The position numbers were made by a program, and so were the translations under genes. Under the pieces are notes generated by a model. The model made no database searches, was not told the DNA's origin, and saw only the letters and a program-made list of their open reading frames with translations. This document shows, piece after piece, positions 25,263-34,411 of a stretch of DNA of 64,000 nucleotides; position 1 is the stretch's first letter; each line of letters opens with the position of its first letter. The stretch spans positions 7,361 to 71,360 of the forward strand of contig CANQBR010000002.1 of NCBI GenBank assembly GCA_947589605.1. Direction: 5' to 3'. The stretch comes from an uncultured Phascolarctobacterium sp. (GTDB taxonomy: Bacteria; Bacillota; Negativicutes; Acidaminococcales; Acidaminococcaceae).

Positions 25263-25958
25263 ATGGCTAAACAGAAGATACTTATCGCCGACGACGAAGC
25301 GCAGATCAGAGAAATTTTACGGATCTATTTTGAGAACAGCGGTTTTGAAGTCTGCGAGGCCGAAAACGGAGCGGAGGCTATCACCAAGCTGCGCACGGAG
25401 CGGCCCAACTTGCTGCTTTTAGATATCATGATGCCGGTGATGGACGGCATAGAAGTGTGCAAGCAGGTGCGGCAGATGAGCGATTTGCCCATCATCATGC
25501 TTACCGCCAAAGACGAAGACGATGACCGCATCGCCGGCTTGGAGATCGGCGCCGATGATTATATCACCAAACCTTTCAATTCCCGTGAGGTAGTGGCCCG
25601 CGTGAAGGCGGTGTTGCGCCGCTCCGGCGGCATCAAAGGAGGTAAAGGCGGCAAGAAGCGCCTCACCTTCCCCGGCCTCACTATCGATCTGGAGCAATAT
25701 ATCGTAGAAGCCTTCGGCAAACGGGTGACTTTCACCGCCAAAGAGATGGAGCTTTTATGGTGTCTGGCCTCCAATCCGGGCAAGGCATTCAGCCGCAACC
25801 AGCTGCTGGAGACCATCTGGGGCTATTCCTATTACGGAGACACCCGCACCGTGGACACTCACGTTAAAAGGATAAGACAAAAATTGCTCATCCCCAAAGA
25901 TTCCGCTTGGGACATCCTCACAGTGTGGGGCATAGGCTATAAGTTCGAATTGAAGTAG
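25263..25958 (+). CDS. OmpR/PhoB-family response regulator
   Basis: Receiver domain (ILIADDE...LLLLDIMMPVMDG...MLTAKD) plus a winged-helix C-terminus (VDTHVKRIRQKL...GIGYKF). Confidence 0.92.
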   Translation: MAKQKILIADDEAQIREILRIYFENSGFEVCEAENGAEAITKLRTERPNLLLLDIMMPVMDGIEVCKQVRQMSDLPIIMLTAKDEDDDRIAGLEIGADDYITKPFNSREVVARVKAVLRRSGGIKGGKGGKKRLTFPGLTIDLEQYIVEAFGKRVTFTAKEMELLWCLASNPGKAFSRNQLLETIWGYSYYGDTRTVDTHVKRIRQKLLIPKDSAWDILTVWGIGYKFELK

Positions 25959-26001
25959 GGCCGGACGCCCCTTAAAGAGGTCCGCCCCGGAGAGAAGCGG
26001 C

Positions 26002-27564
26002 ATGAGAAGATCGTTGAGCGCACGTTTGGCCTACAGTTTCATGGCTGTCATAGTTTGCGTCCTTCTGGTTGCTTCCGTGGGCGTCTCTTATTTGGTGGGC
26101 AATTATTTCTTTTCCATGCGGGAACGAGAGCTGGGCCTGCAGGGAGACGAGATCGCCGGCAACATCTCTTATTTTATCAGCATCAAAGATAAGGACACCC
26201 TGCAGCGCTACATCAATGCCGTAGATCAGCTCATCGGAGCCCGCATCTGGCTGTTCGACGACAACTTCCACCTTTTGGCCGCCTCCTATATAGAAGGGCC
26301 CAAGAGCCGCCAGCCCGGCTACAACATCGGCATTTGGGACGCTTTTTTCGGCAAGGACGAAGAAAACACCGAACTGCAGCCCCAAGAAGGCATCATCGCT
26401 TTAGACAAAGCCATCAAAGAGGGCGATCTGTCCCAAAGAGTGCAGATCGTGCTGAAAGATATCTATGCGGGCAAGAGCCTGCGCTCTCAGGTCTTTCATC
26501 CTTATTACAAAGAACAGGTGCTGATGGTGGGACTGCCCTATCACAACACCATCGACGGCACCACCGGGGCCATTTTGATTACCACGCCTTTGGGCGATTT
26601 CGATAATTTTCTCCGTAACATCTATATCTATGTTGCACTGGTCGGCCTCTGCGCTCTGGGCTTCAGCCTCTTTTTGGTGAATAGGCTGGCCCGGCGCTTT
26701 ATCAAACCGCTGGTGGATATGAAGGGCATAGCCACCGCCATCGCCGGAGGTGATTACAGCCGCAGGGTCACCATCAAAGGTGACGACGAAGTGGCGGATC
26801 TCGGCCGCGCCTTGAACAGTTTGGGCGCCGACTTGGGGGATTACGTGGACAAGATGCAGCGGACCGAAAAGATCCGCCGAGATTTCGTAGCCAACGTATC
26901 TCACGAGTTACGCACTCCCATCACTATCATCAGAGGCTACAACGAGGCCATCAGCGACGGTATCATCACCGATCAGGCGGTGCTTCAGCGCTACAGAGGC
27001 CTCATCAACGAGGAAACGGTGCGTTTGGAGCGCATGGTGCGGGAACTTTTGGACATCAGCCGTCTGCAGGCGGAAGATCCCCTCGCTCCCGAAAGTTTGG
27101 AGGCTCTGCCTTTAGCCACCATCATCCGCACCGTGGCGGAAAAGCTGTTGGTGAGCAGCGCCCGCCGCCACATCAAGTTCAACATCCAGGCCGACGACGG
27201 TATCAAAATATTAGGCAACGGCGATCAATTGGTGCAGTTGGTGCTCATCCTCTGCGACAACGCCAGCAAATATTCGCCGGAAGACGGCACCATAACGTTG
27301 AGCCTGCGGCGGCAGGAAGACGGCAGCGTGCTGCTGAAGGTCCACGATGACGGACCCGGCATCCCCGAGGAAGACCTGCCCTTTATTTGGGAGCGGTTCT
27401 ACAAGGTGGATAAATCTCACAGCCGCAACCGGCCCGGCTCGGGTCTGGGGCTGGCCATCGCCAAAGAGATCGTGCGTGTGCACGGAGCCAGCGCAAAAGT
27501 TACCAGCAAACGGGGTGAAGGCACCACGTTTGAAATAAATTTTCCGAAGGTCAAGGTAGTATGA
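26002..27564 (+). CDS. sensor histidine kinase (2 TM, HAMP, HisKA, HATPase_c)
   Basis: H-box FVANVSHELRTP, N-box CDNASKYS, G-boxes HDDGPGI and GSGLGLAIAKEIV. Confidence 0.9.
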   Translation: MRRSLSARLAYSFMAVIVCVLLVASVGVSYLVGNYFFSMRERELGLQGDEIAGNISYFISIKDKDTLQRYINAVDQLIGARIWLFDDNFHLLAASYIEGPKSRQPGYNIGIWDAFFGKDEENTELQPQEGIIALDKAIKEGDLSQRVQIVLKDIYAGKSLRSQVFHPYYKEQVLMVGLPYHNTIDGTTGAILITTPLGDFDNFLRNIYIYVALVGLCALGFSLFLVNRLARRFIKPLVDMKGIATAIAGGDYSRRVTIKGDDEVADLGRALNSLGADLGDYVDKMQRTEKIRRDFVANVSHELRTPITIIRGYNEAISDGIITDQAVLQRYRGLINEETVRLERMVRELLDISRLQAEDPLAPESLEALPLATIIRTVAEKLLVSSARRHIKFNIQADDGIKILGNGDQLVQLVLILCDNASKYSPEDGTITLSLRRQEDGSVLLKVHDDGPGIPEEDLPFIWERFYKVDKSHSRNRPGSGLGLAIAKEIVRVHGASAKVTSKRGEGTTFEINFPKVKVV

Positions 27565-28079
27565 TTCTAGAATATTTCAATCCCGATTATCGCGTGAAAC
27601 ACCTGTGCGATATTTCGCCTAAATGGCTGAAGCGCAACGGGTACACAAAAGTAGTGGTGGATATCGACAACACCCTTCTGCCCCGAGACAAAAACATGGT
27701 AGGTCCCAGAGTGATGAACTGGCTGCGCCAGTGCCGGGAGATGGGCATCACCGTGGCCCTCATCTCCAACAACCACGGTAGCCGCATCGACGGCATCCTG
27801 CGGCAGACCGGCTGCGGCGGCGCCACCAGGGCTGCCAAACCCATGCCCACCGCCTTCAAGCGTTTGGTGAAAGCTATGGGCGGCGGCAAGGTGCTCTTTG
27901 TAGGCGACCAGATAATGACCGATGTGCTGGGAGCTAAATTGGCCAAACAAAAAGTCATCCTATGCGACAGCTTAGGCGGTAAAGAGTTGTGGATCACCAG
28001 AGTGAACCGCAAGCTGGAAAAATTTTTCCTGCGCCGCCTCGCCAACAACAACATGTTGCCTAAGGAGCGGGTACTGTGA
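27561..28079 (+). CDS. yqeG: YqeG-family HAD-IIIA phosphatase
   Basis: VVVDIDNTLLPRD (DxDxT) and ISNN...VGDQIMTDVLGA. ATGA overlap with the kinase stop. Confidence 0.8.
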   Translation: MILEYFNPDYRVKHLCDISPKWLKRNGYTKVVVDIDNTLLPRDKNMVGPRVMNWLRQCREMGITVALISNNHGSRIDGILRQTGCGGATRAAKPMPTAFKRLVKAMGGGKVLFVGDQIMTDVLGAKLAKQKVILCDSLGGKELWITRVNRKLEKFFLRRLANNNMLPKERVL

Positions 28080-28852
28080 AAGCAGCTTTGGTGCAACTTG
28101 AGGTGCGGGAAAGGGCCAAGGCTGAAAATGTACGGCGGGGCTTGGAACTGGCGGCCGAGGCAGCCACGAGCTGCGACCTTTTGGTGATGCCCGAAGTGTG
28201 GACCACCGGTTACAGCTTGGGCCATCTCGTGCAGGAAGCGGAAGAGCCGGACGGCCCCGTGCTGAAAGAGATGCAGGCAGTGGCTGCGAAGGAGAAGTGC
28301 GCCATCGTGGCAGGTTCTGTGCCCCTTTTCAGAGACGGGCTGGTCTATAATTCTTCTGTGGCCATAGATAAAAAAGGAGAAGTTGTTCACACTTACGATA
28401 AGGTGCATCTCTTCGGCCTTTTTCATGAAGAAACTTTTTTCGCACCGGGGAACGACTTTTCGGCCTACGACTTGGACGGCGTGAGGTGCGGCTCTACCAT
28501 CTGCTACGATCTGCGTTTTCCCGAATTGTATAGGCATCTGGCCTTGCAGGGAGCGGAGCTCTTCTTCTGTCCGGCAGAGTGGCCTACCGCCAGAGGCGAT
28601 ATCTGGCGGCTTTTGGCTCAGGCCCGGGCAGCGGAGAACCACGCTTGGCTCTTGGCGGTGAATTGCGCCGGCACATTTAAAGGCGCCCCCTTCTTCGGCC
28701 ACTCCATGGCGATAGATCCCATGGGCAGGATCGTAGCCGAAGCCGGAGAAGAGGAAGAAATTTTATACGTCGATATCGATCTTGCTTTGGTCAAAAAAGT
28801 GCGGCAGCGCCTCAATGCGCTGGCGGACGTGCGCAGGGAGCTGATCTCCTGA
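28076..28852 (+). CDS. carbon-nitrogen hydrolase family protein (omega-amidase/nitrilase-like)
   Basis: LLVMPEVWTTGY (Glu), a K-containing block YDKVHLF, and ICYDLRFPELYR (Cys). GTGA overlap with yqeG. Confidence 0.85.
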   Translation: MKAALVQLEVRERAKAENVRRGLELAAEAATSCDLLVMPEVWTTGYSLGHLVQEAEEPDGPVLKEMQAVAAKEKCAIVAGSVPLFRDGLVYNSSVAIDKKGEVVHTYDKVHLFGLFHEETFFAPGNDFSAYDLDGVRCGSTICYDLRFPELYRHLALQGAELFFCPAEWPTARGDIWRLLAQARAAENHAWLLAVNCAGTFKGAPFFGHSMAIDPMGRIVAEAGEEEEILYVDIDLALVKKVRQRLNALADVRRELIS

Positions 28853-30006
28853 TGGCCGAGGGACAGAAGCGTTATAACAGTGTGACCGTGAAAGGGGCCG
28901 TTCTTTTGATCGGCCTGTTTTTCTATGCCCTTTTCGTCCCCGGCTTCGCAGAAGCCGCACCCAAGCCGAGCAAAGAAGAATTGCTCAAACAGGAAGAGAC
29001 GGAAGCGGCCAATCGCTACGGCCTGCCCCCCGCACCGCCGAAAGATATCCAATACATAGTGGGGCTCTATTACGGCAACGGCGAAAATTTTCTCATCCGC
29101 GAGAACGACGGCCGTTTGGAATTGATTTATCGCTACAGCCCCGCCGACGGCAATTTCAGCCGAGGCAACATCTTCCCCCTCACCAAGGAACGTTTCGATT
29201 CTTATATCCTCTATGAAGCCGGGCCCGGCCGGGGAGCGGAGGTGCCTCTGACTTTCGAAAGAGACGAAGACGGCTACGGCATCACCTGCAAAGTAGGGGG
29301 CGTGCGCTACACCCGTTTCTTTTTAGGCTACGGCGCCGGCGAGAGACAGCGGCTCTTCAGGTTGCCCGCTATAAGCGAAGAAAGTTGGGAAAATTTGAAA
29401 AAGACGGCAGATAACGCTGTCGAGCCATTGCTTTTGACTGTGGGCAAAGAAGCTATTTTAGAAGATGCTGCGACAGTGGCGGGTCTAAAGATACGCTCTG
29501 TATATGCCACAGAGGCCAATCTTTTCGGCAGACCTTTATATGAAAGCCCCAAACTTTTCGTGAGCAAACAGGCAGCTGCTGCTTTAAGGAGAGCTCAGGC
29601 TCTTTTAGAAAAAGAGGGCTACGGTTTGGTGCTTTTAGATGCCTATCGCCCTTGGCGGGCGAGCAAGCTGGCTCACTTGGCTCTGCCCGAAGGGAATAAG
29701 GGCATGTTGGAAGACCCGGACTTAAAAGGCAGCAGCCACAATACCGGCAACGCGGTAGATGTGAGCCTCTGCGAATTGAGCACAGGAGCGGAGGCAGAGA
29801 TGATCTCCGCCTTCGATGAACCTTCGCCCCGTCAGTTCAGCCACTATCCAGGAGGCAGCAGCCGAGCCCGCTATCTGCGCGATCTTTTGCGTTCTTCGAT
29901 GTTGGCCGCAGGTTTTAGAGGGATCGAGATGGAGTGGTGGCACTTCGTCATCGAAGACGGCGAAGAGTATGCTCATTTGAATATTCCCCTGAGGGACTTA
30001 CAATGA
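28852..30006 (+). CDS. M15-family D-Ala-D-Ala dipeptidase-like (VanX/DdpX type) with signal anchor and ~180-aa N-terminal extension
   Basis: LLDAYRPW, SSHNTGNAVDVSL (SxHxxGxAxD), EMEWWHF. N-terminal TM AVLLIGLFFYALFVPGFAEA. Confidence 0.75.
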   Translation: MAEGQKRYNSVTVKGAVLLIGLFFYALFVPGFAEAAPKPSKEELLKQEETEAANRYGLPPAPPKDIQYIVGLYYGNGENFLIRENDGRLELIYRYSPADGNFSRGNIFPLTKERFDSYILYEAGPGRGAEVPLTFERDEDGYGITCKVGGVRYTRFFLGYGAGERQRLFRLPAISEESWENLKKTADNAVEPLLLTVGKEAILEDAATVAGLKIRSVYATEANLFGRPLYESPKLFVSKQAAAALRRAQALLEKEGYGLVLLDAYRPWRASKLAHLALPEGNKGMLEDPDLKGSSHNTGNAVDVSLCELSTGAEAEMISAFDEPSPRQFSHYPGGSSRARYLRDLLRSSMLAAGFRGIEMEWWHFVIEDGEEYAHLNIPLRDLQ

Positions 30007-30138
30007 GCCGAATTTTTTAAAGAGAGCGACGCAAAGTCGTTTCTTGCCGCCGCGAAGACTTCAGCTGTAAAAGCGATCGGCTGTAAAAAGGACGGCAAAA
30101 TTATAGTTTAGCGACGATCTTGCTAGGAGGTAACAGGT

Positions 30139-30480
30139 ATGAACGTTTACGACAGCGCCAATGAATTGGCCAGAGCTTTAAAAGAAAGCAGAGAATTCCA
30201 AAATTTGAAAGAGACCAAAGAAACGCTGGCGAAAGACTCCGATGCTTTGAAGATGGCTCAGGAATTCATGGCTCTCAACGTGGAAGTGGGCATGGCCAAG
30301 TATCAGGGACAGGAGCCGGAGAAAGAAAAGACGGAGAAGGCGGACAAACTGCTGAGCATTTTGCAGCTGAACCCGGACGCCGTGGCCTATCTGCAAGCCA
30401 TGATGCGTTTCGAAATGTTGATGAACGATATCAACAAGGCCCTCGCCGATGTGGTGAAGCAAGTTTTAGGGGATAAGTGA
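30139..30480 (+). CDS. ylbF: YlbF/YmcA-family regulatory protein (UPF0342)
   Basis: MNVYDSANELARALKESREFQNLKETKETL... is a typical YlbF N-terminus. 113 aa. Confidence 0.75.
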   Translation: MNVYDSANELARALKESREFQNLKETKETLAKDSDALKMAQEFMALNVEVGMAKYQGQEPEKEKTEKADKLLSILQLNPDAVAYLQAMMRFEMLMNDINKALADVVKQVLGDK

Positions 30481-31391
30481 TGAGCTTCGAGGCTGCTCTG
30501 GAAAAGCTTCATTTGGCTCGGCCCGTACTGCGGGGCGAAAGCATGGCCCGCCACACCAGCTTTCGCATAGGCGGCCCGGCGGATTTTTTGGCGCAGCCGT
30601 CTTCTGCGCAGGAAGCGGCCGCAGTGTTGCAGCTGGCAGCAGCCTATGCCGAGCCCGTCACCTTGATGGGCCGAGGCACCAACCTGTTGGTTCGTGACAA
30701 AGGCATAAGAGGGCTGGCGCTGAAAATGGCGGACGGTCTGCAGGAGTGGTCTATGGACGAAGAGACGGGGCTGCTCCGTTGCGGGGCCGGGCTTTCACTG
30801 GCGGCCGCAGCTCACAAAGCGGCGGAGCTGAGCTTCTGCGGTTTGGAGTTTGCCTGCGGCATCCCCGGCAGTTTGGGAGGAGCCGTTTATATGAATGCGG
30901 GAGCCTACGGCGGCGAGATCGGGCCGCTGGTGGCGAAGGTGACGGCGCTGGATGAGCAGGGAAGAGAGCACAGCCTCACCGGCGAGGAACTGGATTTTTC
31001 CTACCGCCATTCTGCTCTCATGGAAAAAGAACTGTGCGTCACTCACGTCGAGCTTAAACTTTCGCAAGGCGATAAAGAAAAAATTCGGGCCGCCATGGAA
31101 GAGCTCAAGGCCAAACGCTGGGCGGCTCAGCCGGTGGGGGAGGCCAGCGCCGGCAGCACTTTCAAGCGGCCGCCGGGCGCTTTCGCCGCCGCCCTCATCG
31201 ATCGGGCGGGGCTGAAGGGCACTCGGGTAGGGGCGGCTCAGGTCTCTCTTAAACACGCAGGCTTCATCGTCAACACCGGAGGGGCTACAGCGCAAGATGT
31301 GCTCGATCTGATGACCTGCGTGCAGGAAAAAGTGTGGGAAAAATTCCGAGTTCGTTTGGAGCCGGAAGTAAAGATCATCGGTGAAGAGTAG
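30480..31391 (+). CDS. murB: UDP-N-acetylenolpyruvoylglucosamine reductase
   Basis: HTSFRIGGPADF, GRGTNLLVRD, GIPGSLGGAVYMNAGAYGGE, AGSTFKRP, SLKHAGFIVN. ATG 30480 (GTG 30477 is also possible). Confidence 0.93.
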   Translation: MSFEAALEKLHLARPVLRGESMARHTSFRIGGPADFLAQPSSAQEAAAVLQLAAAYAEPVTLMGRGTNLLVRDKGIRGLALKMADGLQEWSMDEETGLLRCGAGLSLAAAAHKAAELSFCGLEFACGIPGSLGGAVYMNAGAYGGEIGPLVAKVTALDEQGREHSLTGEELDFSYRHSALMEKELCVTHVELKLSQGDKEKIRAAMEELKAKRWAAQPVGEASAGSTFKRPPGAFAAALIDRAGLKGTRVGAAQVSLKHAGFIVNTGGATAQDVLDLMTCVQEKVWEKFRVRLEPEVKIIGEE

Positions 31392-31400
31392 GGAGGGGCC

Positions 31401-31781
31401 ATGGCCAGAGAATTGACGGCGGACGAACTGCACCGCACCGGGCTGAACCTGTTGCTGCAGTGGCTGGAGGCCAACGGCAATAATATCGAAATGATCCAGC
31501 CCGATCGGAACGTGCTGCCTCACATCATCATCAAAAGCGGACATATCCTCACCTTCATCGCCGCAGATTTTGCCTGCTACCCCGGCAAAGGCAGGGTGGA
31601 CGATGGGACCAGAGCCGCGCTGCTGGCTCAGGCGGAAAAGTTCGGGGCCTTTGCGGCCATCGCCGAAGTTGGCATGGCCAATGCAGCGGGCATAGAGAGC
31701 AGAGACAAAAAAGTTTTGGGCCGAGCCGAAGAGGGTGCGGCTTATGTGCTGGACTTTGCCGGCTTGCGATATTTGCGGTGA
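31401..31781 (+). CDS. hypothetical protein
   Basis: RBS GGGAGGGG and coding-like composition. No motif recognised. Confidence 0.55.
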   Translation: MARELTADELHRTGLNLLLQWLEANGNNIEMIQPDRNVLPHIIIKSGHILTFIAADFACYPGKGRVDDGTRAALLAQAEKFGAFAAIAEVGMANAAGIESRDKKVLGRAEEGAAYVLDFAGLRYLR

Positions 31782-31909
31782 AGATCGAAGCTTATATAAA
31801 TCTTGTTATGGTATAAAGACATTAATTGTTTCCTAAATATAAATGCGTTTACCAAATTAATCTATTATGTTAAAATGATGTTGAGGTTTTACAAGGGGGG
31901 TATCATAAA

Positions 31910-32956
31910 ATGCAGTCAAGGCTTATACAAAACCAAAAATTCCCAGCTGAATATTTCCGAGAAGAAAATTTTATAAAAAATACTACTAAATATGAATATT
32001 GTCAAGGATCAGCCTTGCCGCACCTACATATTAGCTTTGGCATAGATAGCAACTTCTGTCGGCAATTAGGGGTAACGCTTGTATCTATTTTGGAAAACAA
32101 CCCTGATATGACTTTCTCTTTCCATATATTCATGGATCACATTGCCGCTGAGGATGAAGAAAAGATTGCTCTTGTTGCGCGTAAGTACTTAGCCAATGTG
32201 TATGTTTACTTCATGTTTATGGAGCCATTCGAAAATTTTCCCACGGAAACCACAGAAGATAAATCTTATATCTATAAAATAATATGTTTCCGTCTTTATA
32301 TGAATAAAATTTTACGGAAGGTCGCTGAGCGGTTTTTATATCTTGATGCAGATTTGTTTTGCTTGGGGAGTTTACGCTCTCTTTTGGAGATAGACTTTGC
32401 TGGTACTGCTATTGCCGCGGTATACGACGATTATGGTATGACGCATGATACTTATGCGGAAACACCAAAATATTTTAACGCTGGAGTTATGTTGATAAAT
32501 TGTGAAGAATGGGAAAAGCAACAGGTTACTGAGAAAGCTTTTTCGTGTCAAGATATGTTGAGCAAAGAGTGTATTTTTTTGGATCAAACTATTTTAAATC
32601 GTATATTCAAAGGCAATGTGAAATTTCTTGATAGTAAGTTCAATACCTATGGTAATACTGATCCTGCCGTAGATTGCATTATTTATCATTTTAACGGAAG
32701 AGCAAAACCATGGTATTTGCCGTTGCGCCCTATTCATGAGCAATGGCGGCATTACCTGAAACTTTCCCCTTGGGAAGATATAGTATGTGACAAACTTCCT
32801 CCCAAAAAGGTGTTGAAAGCTAACTATCATTATTGCAAAGATGCCGCCCGCTATTATATGAATAAAGGAGAGGTATTAAATGCTATATATCTCTACCTTT
32901 ATTACAAACTATTAAAACTTCAAAGCCATTTAAATAGTAATAATACTGGGGAATGA
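31910..32956 (+). CDS. family-8 glycosyltransferase (LPS/LOS alpha-1,3-gal/glucosyltransferase, RfaI/RfaJ-like)
   Basis: LHISFGIDSNF...; FLYLDADLFCLGSL (DxD); YFNAGVMLINCEEW; FLDQTILN; IYHFNGRAKPW. These are classic GT8 blocks. Confidence 0.85.
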   Translation: MQSRLIQNQKFPAEYFREENFIKNTTKYEYCQGSALPHLHISFGIDSNFCRQLGVTLVSILENNPDMTFSFHIFMDHIAAEDEEKIALVARKYLANVYVYFMFMEPFENFPTETTEDKSYIYKIICFRLYMNKILRKVAERFLYLDADLFCLGSLRSLLEIDFAGTAIAAVYDDYGMTHDTYAETPKYFNAGVMLINCEEWEKQQVTEKAFSCQDMLSKECIFLDQTILNRIFKGNVKFLDSKFNTYGNTDPAVDCIIYHFNGRAKPWYLPLRPIHEQWRHYLKLSPWEDIVCDKLPPKKVLKANYHYCKDAARYYMNKGEVLNAIYLYLYYKLLKLQSHLNSNNTGE

Positions 32957-33092
32957 TAACGTTCCAATAAAAGAGGTCCTGTTAGACAGTAAAGCATGTT
33001 GTGCTCGCATGTATCACAAATATTATACTAAGAGACATGGGAGGTTGTGGCAATCATTGAAAAATTTCTATGCGACATATGGAAGTATGGAA

Positions 33093-33117
33093 AAAGGACG
33101 GCGGCTGCCGTCCTTTT
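33093..33117. terminator. bidirectional rho-independent terminator
   Basis: AAAGGACGGC-ggct-GCCGTCCTTT with A/T runs on both sides. Lies between the convergent GT8 and flavodoxin-like genes. Confidence 0.7.
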
Positions 33118-33142
33118 ACGTTGCGCAAAATTTTAAGATTTT

Positions 33143-33748
33143 TTAAAAGCCCAAGCTCTCCACCCATTTTTGCGTGCCGCCTTCGTCGCTGGCATAGAGG
33201 CGGGTGCCTTCTTTAAATGCAGACCTCGCCAGAGCCTTGCTGAGGCCGGGGGTGCTTTCGCCGATGGAACTGCCGCCGCTGGTGCAGAAGCTGATGACGG
33301 TCTTGCCGCTGAGATCGTTCTGCTCGATGAAAGTATAAACGGCCATAGGCGCATCATACCACCAAATGGGGAAGCCCAAAAAGATCACGTCGTAATCTTT
33401 CAAATTGGCAGGCGCAGGCTTGATGGCCGGCCGCCCGTTCTTGGCCTTTTCTTCTTTGGCGTAGGCGGTGCAGTCTCTGTAAGCCGCAGGGTAGGGAGTG
33501 ACGGTCTCGATCTTGAAGATATCGCCCTTGGTTTTTGCTTGGATGGCCTTGGCTACCTGCTCGGTCTGGCCGCTGTAAGAGAAATAGGCTACCAGCACTT
33601 TTTTGGCAGATTGTGCGGGAGCGGCAGGGGCGGCTGCGGCCGCAGAGGCGGACGCAGGGGCTGCCTTGCCGGAAGAGGAAGAGCTGCCGCAAGCGCTCAA
33701 AGCCACGAGACAGCAGAAGCTGAGAAGAAAGACGAAAAATTTTTTCAT
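33143..33748 (-). CDS. flavodoxin-like lipoprotein (extracytoplasmic flavodoxin_4-type)
   Basis: Lipobox LVALSAC, then an Ala/Pro/Ser-rich linker, then KKVLVAYFSYSGQTEQVA...DVIFLGFPIWWYDAP...ISFCTSGGS. Confidence 0.75.
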   Translation of the reverse strand: MKKFFVFLLSFCCLVALSACGSSSSSGKAAPASASAAAAAPAAPAQSAKKVLVAYFSYSGQTEQVAKAIQAKTKGDIFKIETVTPYPAAYRDCTAYAKEEKAKNGRPAIKPAPANLKDYDVIFLGFPIWWYDAPMAVYTFIEQNDLSGKTVISFCTSGGSSIGESTPGLSKALARSAFKEGTRLYASDEGGTQKWVESLGF

Positions 33749-33996
33749 GGAAGAACATCCTTTCGTTGAAGTTTTGAAGCTCGAATGTAGGCGCTCTCAC
33801 TGCGAGGGCAGCGCACTGAAAGTCGCTGCGAAGAGCAGAGCCGTTCGCTTTAAATTATAAAGCGCAAAAAAGACAAAAGCAAATGCTTCTAAACTATAAA
33901 AACAATGCTTGCCGAGTATCTTTCGCCGTTAAAGTTTACTTTAAGGCTTGATGAGCGGGGGATTTTTACGTAAGATATGAGCGCCGTCGGCGGCGC

Positions 33997-34269
33997 TCAC
34001 GTAAGCCGACTTTTGCATTTTCTGTAACGTTGATCTTTGCTGTTTGGCTTAGCGGGGATAGTGCGCTCGATCAACTTTTGCGCCAAGGCCGGTCGCAAAT
34101 AATTTTGCCGAAAGGTGGGACGATGGCTCAGCCCCAACCGTTGCATGAGCTGAACTGCGGAAAGAGTCTCGTCGCCAAGGGCGGCAAGCAACCGTTCCGT
34201 CGGAGTTTTAGCAATTCCGGCGGCTCTATCTTGGTCGGTGTCGTTTTCCGCAAGGGCAGTTTCCCGCAA
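33997..34269 (-). pseudogene. isolated C-terminal winged-helix fragment of a Fic/RecG-like (AlbA_2-type) transcriptional regulator
   Basis: RLLAALGDETLSAVQLMQRLGLSHRPTFRQNYLRPALAQKLIERTIPAKPNSKDQRYR resembles the conserved tail (...PDKPNSxxQKYRLT) of much larger proteins. Only 90 codons, with no obvious RBS. Confidence 0.5.
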
Positions 34270-34411
34270 ACTTTCGCAAATGAGTTGAAGGATGAATTTA
34301 ACGAAGTCCTTCGCTCTACTTTATTTGGCCTTAAACCGAACTTCAGGACTTGTCTTGTTTTTCATTCTTTTTTATAATGAATTCGAGCTGGAATTTCCTA
34401 AGAAGGGGGCG

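Larger units (their letters stand above)
31790..33120. other. low-G+C single-gene islet (GT8 glycosyltransferase)
   Basis: Spot counts give ~32-42% G+C per 60-nt line, against ~60-67% in flanking lines. Sharp composition change at both ends. No integrase, transposase or flanking repeats seen. Confidence 0.6.

Noticed and set aside
27587-28702. A 371-aa minus-strand ORF. Many similar ORFs fall in the same class, for example 415-1071, 3194-3838, 4344-5237, 6432-7328, 7228-8001, 9990-11009, 12858-13757, 13430-14647, 20695-21678, 36706-38262, 47138-48079, 54262-55014, 56768-57763 and 63144-63911.
   Set aside because: All are antisense or out-of-frame overlaps of genes with clear family motifs. 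They lack RBSs and have skewed Arg/Pro/Gly/His composition.
31790-33120. A mobile element (IS, integrative element or prophage remnant) carrying the GT8 gene.
   Set aside because: No transposase or integrase, no terminal inverted repeats, no flanking direct repeats and no tRNA target were seen. I describe it only as a compositional islet.
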